Assembly (NCBI GenBank): GCA_035084275.1
Contig: CM068758.1
Span: forward strand, 5,642,001-5,706,000
DNA length: 64,000 nt
Source of the DNA: Hydrolagus colliei
Lineage: Eukaryota
Direction: 5' to 3'
How positions within the stretch are numbered: position 1 is the stretch's first letter; every line of letters begins with the position of its first letter. Shown piece after piece: positions 12,545 through 24,049 of the stretch. The position numbers and the translations under genes are program-made. Under the pieces are notes generated by a model. That model was not told the origin of the DNA, did no database searches, and saw only the letters and a program-made list of their open reading frames with translations.

Positions 12545-14796
12545 ATAGATTCATAGATTCATAGAATTTTACGGCACAAAAGGAGGCCATTCGGCCCATC
12601 TAGTCTGTGCCGGCTCTTTGAAAAGAGCGATTCAATCCCACTGCCCTGCCCGCTCCCCATAGCCTAATAGACCTGTTCTCCCTAAATAAATATCTAATTC
12701 CCTTTTAAAAGTTGTTATCGAATCAGCCTCCACCACCTTTTCAGGCAATGCATTCCAGATTCGAACAACTCGCTGAGTGAAAAAATTTCTCCTCAGCTCC
12801 CCTCTAGAGAAAAACTATTTCCACTCGTGGGTGAATCTGTGACCACGAGTCACAGATTCACCCACGAGTGGAAATAGTTTTTCTCTATTTGCCCTGTCGA
12901 AACCCCTCATGATCTTATAAACCTCTATTAGGTCTCCCCTCAATCTTCTCTGTTCCAGAGAGAATAACCCTAGCCTATCTAGCCTCTCCTCATAGCTGAA
13001 GTCCCTCAATCCTGGCACCATCCTAGTAAATCTTCGCTGCACCCTTTCCAATGCCTTCACATCCTTTCTGTAGTGTGGTGACCAGAATTGAACACAGTAT
13101 TCCAGCTGAGGCCTCACCAAAGTCCTATAGAGGTTAGTCAGCACTTCCTGACTTTTGTACTCTATACCCCTATTTATAAAGCCTAGTATCCCATATGCCT
13201 TCTTAACAGCCTTGTCTACCTGTCCTGCCACCTTCAACGAGTCACTAACACAAATCCCCAGGTCTCTCTGTTCCTTCACACCATTTAAAATTGTACTATC
13301 TAGCCTATATTGCCTCCCTTCATTTCTTCTCCCAAAATGCATCACCTCACACTTCTCTGCATTAAACTTCATCTGCCATGTGTCTGCCCACTTTACCAAT
13401 TTGTCTATATCCTCTTGCAGATGGCTACTATCCTCCTCACTATTTACTATTCTCCCTAACTTAGTGTCATCTGCAAACTTGGAAACTGTACTCCGTACAC
13501 CCAAGTCCAGATCATTGATGTAGATTACAAACAGCAATGGTCCCAAAACTGATCCCTGTGGCACACCACTGCTCACTTCCCTCCAATCTGAAAAACAGCC
13601 GCTCACTACAACTCTCTGCTTTCTGTCTCGCAGCCAGTTGTGGATCCACGCTGCCACTGTCCCTTTTACGCCATGGGCCTTTAATTTCATAATAAGTCTC
13701 TCATGTGGCACTTTGTCAAATGCCTTTTGAAAGTCCATGTAAACTACATCAACTGCGCTACCATTATCCACCCATTCCGTTACCTCATCAAAAAATTATA
13801 TCAGATTTGTAAGGCAAGATTTGCCTTTAACAAATCCATGTTGACTGTCCCTTATTAGCCTATATCTTTCTAAGTGAAGATCTACCTTGTCCCTGATTAT
13901 GGACTCTAGAAGTTTGCCCACTACCGACGTTAGACTGACTGGTCTGTAGTTACCAGGCTTGTCCTTCTGCCCCTTTTTATACAAGGGAGTAACATTAGCT
14001 ATCCTCCAGTCCTCTGGCACGACCCCTGTGTCCAAGGAAGATTGAAAGATCGTGGCCAGAGTCCCTGCTATTTGCTCCCGTGCCTCACTTAGTAACCTAG
14101 GGTGCATCCCATCCGGACCAGGTGACTTATCCACCTTGAGCAACATCAACCTTTTTAGAACTTCCTCTCTGGTTATAATTATTCTATCCATTTCTCCTAC
14201 CCTCTCCTCTAATACCATGGCTGTATCCTTTTCTTTTGTGAAGACAGAGGCGAAGTACTCATTCAGTACATCAGCCATGCCCTCTGCCTCCACAATGAGA
14301 TTTCCTCCTAGGTCCCTAATTGGCCCCACCCTATCCTTGACCAACCTTTTACTCTTAATATGTTGGTAAAAAACCTTAGGGTTACCCTTAATCTTACTCG
14401 CTAATTGTTTTTCATGCAGTCTCTTTGCCCCTCTAACTTCCTTTTTTAGTTCTATCCTACACTTCCTATATTCTGCTTGGTTCCCTTCTGAATTTTGAGC
14501 CTGACACTTATCATAAGCCTCTTTTTTTTGTTTTATTTTGGCCCCGATTTCCTTAGTCATCCAGGGAGGTTTGGATGCCTTACATTTCACCTTTGTGGGG
14601 ATGCTTTTGACCTGTGCCTGAACTATCTCCTCTTTGAACGCTGCCCACTGCTCGTTAGTTGTCTTACCTGCCAATTTTTCTTTCCAATCCACCTTGGCTA
14701 GGTCCCACCTCAACTCATTGAAATTAGCCCTTTTCCAGTTGAGTGTCCTCACCTGTGATCGTTCCTTATCCCTTTCCATAATTATTCTGAATCTAA
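12545..14796 (-). mobile_element. Young 5'-truncated CR1 LINE (ORF2 RT region and 3' UTR)
   Basis: ORFs 13796-14857 and 12815-13771 are one reading frame broken by a single TAA at 13796-13798. RT motifs KSPGPDG, NYRPVSLTS, QHGF, DFQKAFDKV, GVPQGSVLGP and KFADD are present. The tail reads attctatg-aatctatg-aatctatg on the minus strand. TSD ATATTC at 12539-12544 and 14797-14802. Confidence 0.96.
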
Positions 14797-16204
14797 ATAT
14801 TCTTTGAAGTGCTTTGAGATGTCTTGACAATGTGATAAGGCGCCGCATCAAATGCAAGGATTGCTATTATCTTTGCTCTGGCTTTCTAGTCTTGAACGTA
14901 TACAATCAACATCTACCTTTCCTGGGTATGCTTTTCTATAGGACTGAATTCCATTTCTCCTTTGCCAGAGCTGCCTTTTTACATCTCTACCTCATCACCA
15001 CCTGAAAGGTATCCATTTTCCTGCCTGTATTATTTTCAGTTACTATTATGCCAATGTTTGCCTTGCTGATCTTCTTGGCTAATCTTCAAAATTTCAACTC
15101 TTCCAGAATTTCTAATGCACTGGACTTTCATCTTTGAGATCTGGGTTTCAGACCAGCTCAGACCATGGGTTGATCTGTCAATTACTGTAAGGGACCTATG
15201 AGTTATCTCAGCACAGATATGATGGGTCAAATAGCCTATGCTGTAAATTTTCTATCATCCTACTAAATCATAGTCAAGAATGCAAATTGGATTGTCGTAA
15301 ATTTTAGTGATGTTCATGTGAATCAGCATTACTGGGACACCTACACCTTGGTATGATTATAACTGAATTCAGGCCTCCCATTAAGTTCCACCTGTAAAGG
15401 CAGTGGAGAGATGTATGCTTTAATACAACACTGCATCAGCCTGCACTGTTGGACTTCCGCTGTCTACAAGATTATGCAACTGTCCTGTCCTGCTCCTTTT
15501 CCCAACTGCTCCCACACGGCTGATGTATATCGCAGCTGAGAGGAAGCCCTTGACAAACTGATTAATGAGGTAGTGCTGCCTTCAGCTCTGGAGAATTGCT
15601 AGATATATGGGCTAAGCCTATATAGAATGAAACAACAGCAGCTACTGCAGATGCAAGGTACCTCTCTTTCCATTAATTCTGCAAAAAGCAACTGGATGTT
15701 GAATTGACATGACGTTCAAGAGCTCGTGCCCTATTTTTCCAGTCTCAATGTACTGGTCTAGTGTTTCTGATTTACTTTTATTCCCACCCCCAGGCTTTTT
15801 ATCTTAACTTCACTACCTCCCATCCCACATGCTTCACACTCATCTACACCATGTGAAGTTGTTCCCAATTGAATCGAGAGGCAGGAAATTTTGTCCTCAG
15901 CCTTTGCCAAAGTTGCTTCCAACCAGATGCTGGGAGGTGCCACAGAATGGGTTCTGGTGATGGTCCCTCTCATTTATCTCTTCCTCTCTCCCAGGAGTAG
16001 TATAATTTAATTTTTCTCCGAGTTTCTCCTTCTTCTCAAGGCAGTGACTCATTCTGGGCTTTGTTCCATGATCACCAGCATCCATCTGGTACCTTGTCCA
16101 AATGGACATTGTGTATGATGCAAGGCAGCTGAGCATCTCCAGGCTGTTCGACCATAGGGATATCACAGCTGAACATGGCCGTTCCTTCATCCAACATCCA
16201 CATG

Positions 16205-16415
16205 TATGCACTTTCCAGCTGGGATCATTGGAAAATAACCAGCAGGAAATCAGGAAACAAAACTGATTTGTCTCCTTCCTAATCCAGTGACAATACAATT
16301 GGCATTCAGGCCATCCTGAATGCAATCGGGTAACTCAATACGGACAAGGGATAAAACCTGAGAGTTTCTGGGTGCATATTGTTCAGAACCAACCCAAACT
16401 GTGCCTTTACCAGAG
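16205..16415 (-). mobile_element. Family C repeat, degenerate
   Basis: cactttccagctgggatcattgga...ctgatttgtctccttcc is the reverse of the 18810-18880 motifs. Confidence 0.4.
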
Positions 16416-16754
16416 CTCATGGGCTAAATTGCATTGGCTTTGGAATCTAAGAAAGAAAAAGGAATTGCATGCTTTCAGGAGAGGAGGAGTGATAGATATG
16501 TGGAGAAAATATTTATGATCAAACAACTCCGATTTAATATTCAGTTTCTAAAAGCCTGGAAATCCTTCTGTCCGCCCTTAAATGCTGCCTGCAGCAAAAC
16601 AAGTACTATATTAAACTGGAATTAAGTTCTGATTTAGGTCAGAAAAGTTAGTATTTGGGGAAGCAGAAAGGTTTTCGAACATGCCAGAAAAGTGAAAGGC
16701 TAGAAGGTTAGAACAACAACACAACAAAATTACATTTATATATCCGATGATTAA

Positions 16755-16942
16755 ATAATAATCCCTCAAAAAATAAATAATAACAAATTAGTAATTTCAA
16801 TCCACGACTGTTTGTGGAACACTGCTGTATGCAATTGGCTGCCGCATTTTGCCCACAAAATATACAGTCAATTCACTTTACAGTGTATTCTGTGAAACAC
16901 TTTGAGACGTCTAGGAGACGTGAAAAGCACTATATCAAATGA
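16755..16942 (+). mobile_element. SINE family A, headless copy
   Basis: aataatccctcaaaaa...tttcaatccacgactg...tgtgaaacactttgagacgtctaggagacgtgaaaagcactatatcaaatg. Confidence 0.85.
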
Positions 16943-17292
16943 ACACGACGAGTCTGAAAGGTGCTGAAAAGAAGAATAGAGTTAATTATAATGATTAGCA
17001 AAGCAGGTTAAAATTAAGGCTTAGACAAACTAAGAGAAACATTAAAGCCATTCCCACATCCTTGGGAAATCTATTGATTGCTGGGTGAGCATTTACAGTG
17101 GGGAAATCCTGTTCCTGAGAATCACCTCCTAAGGACAATGCATTTACCAACAGGTATCTGCCCACCTCCCTCCAATTGTAAATTTATTGAGAACATCTTA
17201 TGTACTCCAATAAATAATTTGCATTTTTTGGAATTTATGCACAATAAATTCACCTGGGATGAAATTCAATACTAGTCCAGCAAAGAATGATA

Positions 17293-18324
17293 CAGGTAAG
17301 CCTCGATTTACGACGCTTCTGTTTAGGACATTTCAATTGAAGGACCATAATGTTTTAACACCTTTTGACTAATATATGACACTTGGATTCATTTTAAGGA
17401 CCCCAACATTTTTTGTGCATGCGCAGTACATATTTTGAATATCGTGGTCACATTTGTCCATACGCACAATCCATAGTGTATTTGCGGGTAAATCCAAGCA
17501 TTTGAACTGGCCAATAGCATGTCGACACGTCATTGTTTAAAAGCCAGCTGATTTTGAAGCGACATCACACCAGTATAACAGTAATTTCCGAACATTCCCG
17601 AACATTCCTGAGCAACTTCCAGCGATTTACAGCCTCTACCATTTATACCATGTCGGGAAGAGACAGCAGTAAGTGAAATGAGCAGCGATAATACCGCTAG
17701 CGGCCAGAAACCCCCCAAAGTCATCACTTTAAATACCAAATTGGAGGTGATAAAGCGCATCGATTCTGGTGAAAAAGGTATGGACGTCGGGAGGGCTTTA
17801 GGGCCAGCTAGATCGATGGTGGCTACTATAAAACAGAATAAGGACAATATACTGGCAAATTCAAGGTGTGTTACAGCTACAGGTGCAAGCAGATTAGCAA
17901 AACATAGGAGTGATCTGATAGAAAACATGGAAACAGGCACCATCTTTCAGTGCTAGCAGAGGGTGGTTTCAAAGGTTTAAAAGATGCTATGGGCTCCACA
18001 ACATCAACATCAGTGGGGAAGCTGCAAATGCCACTGCCACTGTCACACTGCTAGTATTAAAGTTTGCCAGTATTAAAGTACAATACTGTACAGTTACCCC
18101 AAATACCCCTTCATGCCTATGTGTGTTAATTTGTGTGTTTTGTGTGTTATGTTGTGTGGTTTTGTGTGTTATTTAGTGGGTTTAAGGTCCGAAAATTTTG
18201 TGAAAGGAACGCATCTCTGGTTATATAATGAGTCAGCATGGGAAACCGTGTTTCGATTTAGGACATTTCGATATACATACAGTGTTTCAGGAACGCAACC
18301 CAGTCGTAAATGGAGGATTACCTG
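17293..18324 (+). mobile_element. Internally deleted Tigger/pogo (Tc1-mariner superfamily) DNA transposon, 1032 bp
   Basis: TIRs caggtaagcctcgatttacgac and gtcgtaaatggaggattacctg (20/22 match), with TA on both sides. Internal CENP-B-type HTH coding remnants; no DDE domain. Confidence 0.9.
17678..18030 (+). pseudogene. Tigger transposase N-terminal DNA-binding remnant
   Basis: KVITLNTKLEVIKRIDSGEKGMDVGRALGPARSMVATIKQNKDNI (CENP-B N-terminal/psq HTH), then in another frame ASRGWFQRFKRCYGLHNINISGEAANA (HTH_CenpB motif). Confidence 0.85.
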
Positions 18325-18699
18325 TAGTGTGAAGCTCTGGTATTTAGGGACAGTGAAATCAGAGTTATTAAATGGCTTCTTAACATCTGCCATCACTGAT
18401 GAAGAGGAGGGAGAGTTGCCCAAGTGTGAAATTAGGTTTTCAAGAATAGCGCACAGGAGAAGCCAGGAACTTTGCAAATAATGACAGATATTGTTCAAAT
18501 ACTCCAGTAGAAGGAAAAATGCCTTCAAGGGAGGAGGAAGGGAGAAATTGAAGAAAAAATTAACAAATATCTTAATGTGTGACTCATTAGTAGTTTCCAG
18601 ACTGGTTCCAACAGAAAATGTCTTGGCAGAATTGACCTGGATACTCCACATCAGTCTTGAGAGTCTGGGCATTTCATGGCATTGAAGACAGTCTTTAAA

Positions 18700-18990
18700 T
18701 ATCCCCCGTGACTTAGTGCCTCTACAGCCTGAAAATAGCAGGTTCAAAATACAGCCTTTGCTGAGATAACAGCAATTGGTGTGCTTTCAACCAGCATCTC
18801 CATCCTTGGGTTGGGGAAGGAAAAATCAACCAGGGTTTCTGCTACTAATTACCATCCAGGGATCTCTGCTGGAAAGCGTACGTGTGTGGAAGTGAAAGAG
18901 GACAGGATTAGGCTCTGCTGTGATGTTCTGATGGTCGAAAATCCTGCTGTCACTCACTGCCAAGACACACACATGAATACTGGCCAGGAA
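18700..18990 (+). mobile_element. Family C repeat, most complete copy
   Basis: caggttcaaa (B-box-like), gaaaaatcaaccagggtt, ctgctggaaag, gaggacaggattaggctctgctgtgatg, ctcactg..ag..acacacatgaa. Confidence 0.55.
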
Positions 18991-19211
18991 GTGCAATCAG
19001 CATCTGATGAACTGTACTCTTGATAGAAGGAAAAATTATTCAAAACATTTTTAGCAGAGGAGTTTACAATTGTAAGGAAGTTCAGAGTGAAACATTTGCG
19101 CTGAAAGAGACTTGTGGAATAAGATATCAGGGAAGTCTTTTGAGACAAGCAATTTCACTAGATTTGACAGGCAACTGAATGTGTCCCTGGAAAGAGGAGG
19201 GGATTGAGCGA

Positions 19212-21075
19212 TATAGGAACATAAGAACAGGTCATTCAGCCCGTTGAGCCTGTTCCGCCATTTAATTAGATCATGGCTGATCTGTAGCTCTACTAATCCT
19301 TTCAATTCCAATTTTCTGTTTTCTCCCCATATCCCTTAACACTCTGACCTTCCAAAAATTTATCAAACTCACTCTTGAAGGTGTGGATAGATCCAGCATC
19401 CAAGACCTTTTGGGACAGAGAATTCCATATTTTTACCACTCTTTGAGTGAAAAAATACTTCCTAATTTCACTCTTAAATGGCCTGGTTCTAATTCTAAGA
19501 CTATGTCCCCTTGTTTTGATCCCCCAACCAGAGGAAATAGCTTCTCTATATCTACCCTTTCATATCCCTTTATCCTGTGAAATACCTCAATCAAATCACC
19601 CCTCAATCTTCTAAACTCAAGGGAATACAATCTAAGATTATGCAGCCTTTCCTCATAATTTAACCCTTTTAGGCCTGATAACATTCTGGTGAACCTGCGC
19701 TGCAGCCCTTCCAGGGCCAATATATCTTTCCTGAGGTGTGGTGTGGTACCCAAAACAGAAGTGTCCATAGATATTCTCTTATCGACCATTTTAGTGACTT
19801 CCTCAGAAAATTCAACCAGATTAATTAGGCACGACCTACCCTTCACAAACCCATTCTGACAAGCTCATACCTTTCCAAGTGCTGAGTCATTCTGCTACTG
19901 ATGATGGATTCCAGTATTTTCCGTACAACTGACATTAAACTAACAGGTCTGTAATTTCCTGTTTTTTCTCTCCCTCCCTTCTTAAATAAAGAGGTGACAT
20001 TCGCAATTTTCCAATCTAAGGGCACAATTCCCAAATCTTGTGAGCTTTGGAAAATTATGACAAATGCATCTGCAATTTCCTCTCCTATTCCCTTTAATAC
20101 CCTGGGGTGGAAACTATTAGGTTCTGGAGATGATCTATTTTGAGTCTCATTATTTTCTCCATCATCATTTTTATACTTATATTTATTTTATTAAGCATTT
20201 CCCTTTGACTTATTTTCAGGTTCCTCTGTATGCTTGATTTTTGTCCTCATCTTCTACTGTAAAGACTGTAGCAAACTACTTATTTAGCAAGTCAGCCATA
20301 TCTTTATTTTCGATTATAGTCTCACTTGTACCAGTCTTTAACGGATCCACATTCGCCTTTACCATTCTCTTTCTCCTGATATATTTATAAAAGCTCTTAC
20401 TATTGGTTTTAATATCCCTTGCAAGTTTTTGTTCATACTCCCTTGTTGCTCCTGTTATTACTTTCTTGGTCTCCCTTTGTTGCCTTTTGTATTTCTCCCA
20501 GGCCTCTGCATTCCCATTTTCTCTTGCATTTGAATGAGCTTTTTTTTTTTAGTTTGATGGAATCTCTAACTGCTTTTGTCCACTATGATTGCTTACTTAC
20601 ACGATTGGAGCTTTTGCATTTTAGGGGTATGTACTTGTTCTCTATAGTATCAAGTACTTTTTTGAATATTTCCCATTGCCCATCTGTAGGTTTACCCACC
20701 AACAATTTAACCCATCGAAATTTGCCTTACTTACATTTAACACCTTGGTTTAAGACTCTCCCTTCTCCTTCTCAAATCTAATGTCAAATTCAATAATATT
20801 ATGATCCCTATTTGCAAGGTGTTCCCTTACTGTCAGATTGTTAACTAAATCTCGCTCATTATTCATCATCAAATCTAGTATGGCTTGTTCTCTTGTTGGT
20901 TCTAACACATATTGTTCCGAAAAACTGTCCTGAATACATTCCAGAAATGCATTACCTTTCCTACCTAAGCTTTTTCTCAGTCTATGTGAAAATTAAAATC
21001 TCCCATTATAACCACGTTCCTTTTGCTACATGCTTCCCTGATCTCCGTATTTATATATTTCCCCACTAAATCACA
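19212..21075 (-). mobile_element. Older CR1 LINE, 5'-truncated with an internal RT deletion
   Basis: 3' tail ataggaacataagaacagg..attcagccc; ORF remnants GIVPLDWKIANVTSLFKKGGREKTGNYRPVSL, GRSCLINLVEF and PHLRKDILALEGLQRRFTRM; many indels. Confidence 0.9.
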
Positions 21076-22539
21076 ATCATGTGATTGTATATAGGTATAT
21101 AGATACCTATATAGCAAGGTATATAGATGAGGTTGAAAAGTAAAAAGGATTAGGTTTTTGGACCATTTTTGTTGCTAATAATATTTTATGATTTCAATGA
21201 GTTATCTAAATAACAAAACGTTCTGATTATAATTGGCATCACTGGGCAGCTGGGAGAAGGAAGTGGTCTACAGAATATCACTGCTCTGGTCCCATTAAAC
21301 ATTATTATTGAAATTGCATTTTTATTCTAATGGTATAGTCTCCACAGAATAGGCAATGAGAAGCAGAAATAAAGGGAGAAACAGACTCTGCATCCCACCT
21401 GTCTCGTTGACTACAGCTCACTCATAGCCTCCCATACCTCTCCTCACCCACCCCCATCACCACCACACAGCCCCTGGTGAGTTATAAATCATATCCCACA
21501 GCTCCTCATACGAATGTCATTAGGTTAGACCATAGCCACACATTTGCACATAAATCATACAACGCTGTTGATGGAATGTGGATTTTGACTTTACTATATT
21601 GAAGTACTTCGCCGCAAAGGAAAACCTTTGGACTCACAGTCAAATGCCTTTGAGATGTACCTGCCGTCTGATTCTATTTGTTGATAACAGCTTGGGGTTG
21701 GCTGGAAGGTTGGGTGAGTGCTTGCTAACACTCTTTGTCTTGCAGCACATAGAGGTCACCGCTTTCATCTGCGAATGACACCAGGAAACAAAAAAATAAA
21801 TCACCTCAGCAGGGGAAAAAATCAAATTTTATATGAAAGCTCACAGTCTGGTACATATTACAAATAATAACTTTCCATGTGAGATTCCAACCTTGAGGTT
21901 CAGATAACAAAATATTTTGTCTGTGAAAATATAATCTGGTAAAGCACAGTCAGAATTCCCTGAGCTTTTGTGTAAAAAAACAATTGCAGAGAACAGTGCA
22001 GGTCTAAGAATGTGCTTCACATTGGTGATATGATATGATCCCAGGTCACTCAGATCAGTCTGTTGAGCCCTAGAATTGGAACAGGAAGGTTCTGAGTGAG
22101 AATACAATAGGATTTACACTTACGAAGCGCATTTCACATCGGAAGGATGTCTCAAAGCGCTTCACAGGTTTCGAAGGCTGGGCACACGGAGGGTAGGAGC
22201 TGAGGAGGGAAAAACTGACTGGAAACGTGGTCAAAGGTTTCGAATCCCAGTACGTAAAATACTAAAGTAAACCTAGAACAATACTTTCAGATATGTTGTG
22301 ACATCAGGACAAAGAGGACCAGGTTGTGAAGGACAATTTTAAGACAATTGTGACGGACACAAATAAGTATTTTTTTTTAAACACACAAACACACACACAT
22401 AAACACATACACATAGACATACACAACAGCTGGAATGGGTTTTGAAGCACTCTGAGACGCTGTCCGGCGTGGAGGGCGCTATATAAATCGCTATGCAATC
22501 CACTTTTCTACCATAAACCAACTCCTCCATGCACCCTCC

Positions 22540-23408
22540 CATGCCTCTGCCATTCTCTCCTACAACACCAAATGTGAGGAAATTATGGATTTCCATACTA
22601 TAGGATGACACCCAACTCTATCTTACTGCCTCCACCCTCGACTCCAGGACTGTTGATGTCCTAGCTGATTGTCCATCTGACATCAAGTCCTGAACGAGAG
22701 CTAGCTTCCTCCAGCTCAAATGTTGGCAAGACAGAGGCCCTCCTGCTTGGCTCACGGCAATGCCTCCTCACCTCAGCCGCTGACACAATCACCATTTGTG
22801 GCTGACTCTCCACCTCAGTAAACCAATTTGAAATCTTGGCGTGCATTTTGATCCTCAGCTATTCTTCAAACCCCACATTTGTGCTGTGACCTGTTCCGCC
22901 TTTCCACACCTACACAACCTACACAAGATGCAGATTATTCAGAACTCTGCAGCTCATGTCCTTTCCCAACCAGGCTATGGGAACCTATCACTCCACGTTT
23001 TTGCCTGGCTTCAACGGCTTCCCATTCCTCAGAGAATCGAACATAAAACCCTTGTTCTTACCTTGAAGGCCCTCCATGGTCTTGCTTCCTCCCTACCTCT
23101 CTAACCTCATAACCCCATATAAGTATGTCAGTACCCTCTGCCCCACAATTGGTGGTCGAGCATTCAGCATCTCTGCTGTCACACTCTGGAACTGTATCCC
23201 ACAATCCTGGAGCCTTCTTCAAGATCCATTTGAAAACCATCCTCTTCGACCCTGCCTTTAGCAACCCCCATATCCTCTCCGCACCCCCTCCACCGCCTTC
23301 CTCCCATTCTGATCCCAACTCTCAGCTCGGGTCCAAAACTCCTGATTGTCCAGCACCTTGGACTTCTTTCTGACGTGAAAGGTGCTGTTCAATTGTAATT
23401 TGTTATTT
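22540..23408 (+). mobile_element. L2 LINE RT-to-3' end, decayed
   Basis: ggatgacacccaactctat (YADDTQL remnant), FLQLNVGKTEA, IIQNSAAHVL, GGRAFS, and tail gtgaaaggtgctg...ttgttatt. Confidence 0.85.
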
Positions 23409-23434
23409 TTTTTCAGGAAGGGTATAGCGGTCAG

Positions 23435-23960
23435 ATCAGTGGAAACATTAAAGAAACAGCCTACTGCTATAATGGAATTCATCCAAACTAATATGCATTT
23501 GAATACATGCATGAGAGTATGGCCCTTACTACAGCATGTGTAAATAAGATCTTATTTTAGATCTTTAGATTTTAAAATAAAAAAATTTAGGATCATGCAG
23601 AAATTTAGAACATTCTTCAGTTTACTCTAAATTTGGAAGGTGATTTTCCTCAGTCAATTTTAGGAATTCTAGAATTAAACTCGGTTTTGGTGTCTTCCAT
23701 ACTTCTACATGATTTTACATTGTAAAACAGGTGATATATTTTAAGGACAAGATTGTGAGAATGTCATGCCTTAAATGATCAATTTGAGTTGAAATCATGA
23801 TATCATCTTTTGATCTGGCAGTGAGTTTGTTTGGCTCTTCATAATGATTTTTTAATAACTGCGGAAAACTAGCTTCCAAATAATCAGTGGAACCATTAAA
23901 GAAACAGCCTACTGCTATAATGGAATTCATCTAAACTAATATGCATTTGAATACATGCAT
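23435..23960. repeat. 78-bp direct repeat (23435-23512 and 23883-23960)
   Basis: atcagtggaa(a/c)cattaaagaaacagcctactgctataatggaattcatc(c/t)aaactaatatgcatttgaatacatgcat; 76/78 identical. Confidence 0.92.
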
Positions 23961-24049
23961 AAATAAACCAAGAGTTGTGAGTTGTTTCACGATTGCATCT
24001 TACAGACATTGCCTGCATAGCTAAACTCACAAAGGCTTAGTTCTAAATT

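Noticed and set aside
13155-14701. Plus-strand ORFs of 68-122 aa
   Set aside because: Antisense shadows of CR1 ORF2.
15750-16200. Unique moderately GC-rich stretch with short ORFs (similar case at ~9860-10200)
   Set aside because: No recognisable protein, LTR or RNA features; cannot be assigned.
18113-18747. 192-aa minus-strand and 122-aa plus-strand ORFs
   Set aside because: They cross the Tigger right end into unrelated flank, with no recognisable domain or splice context.
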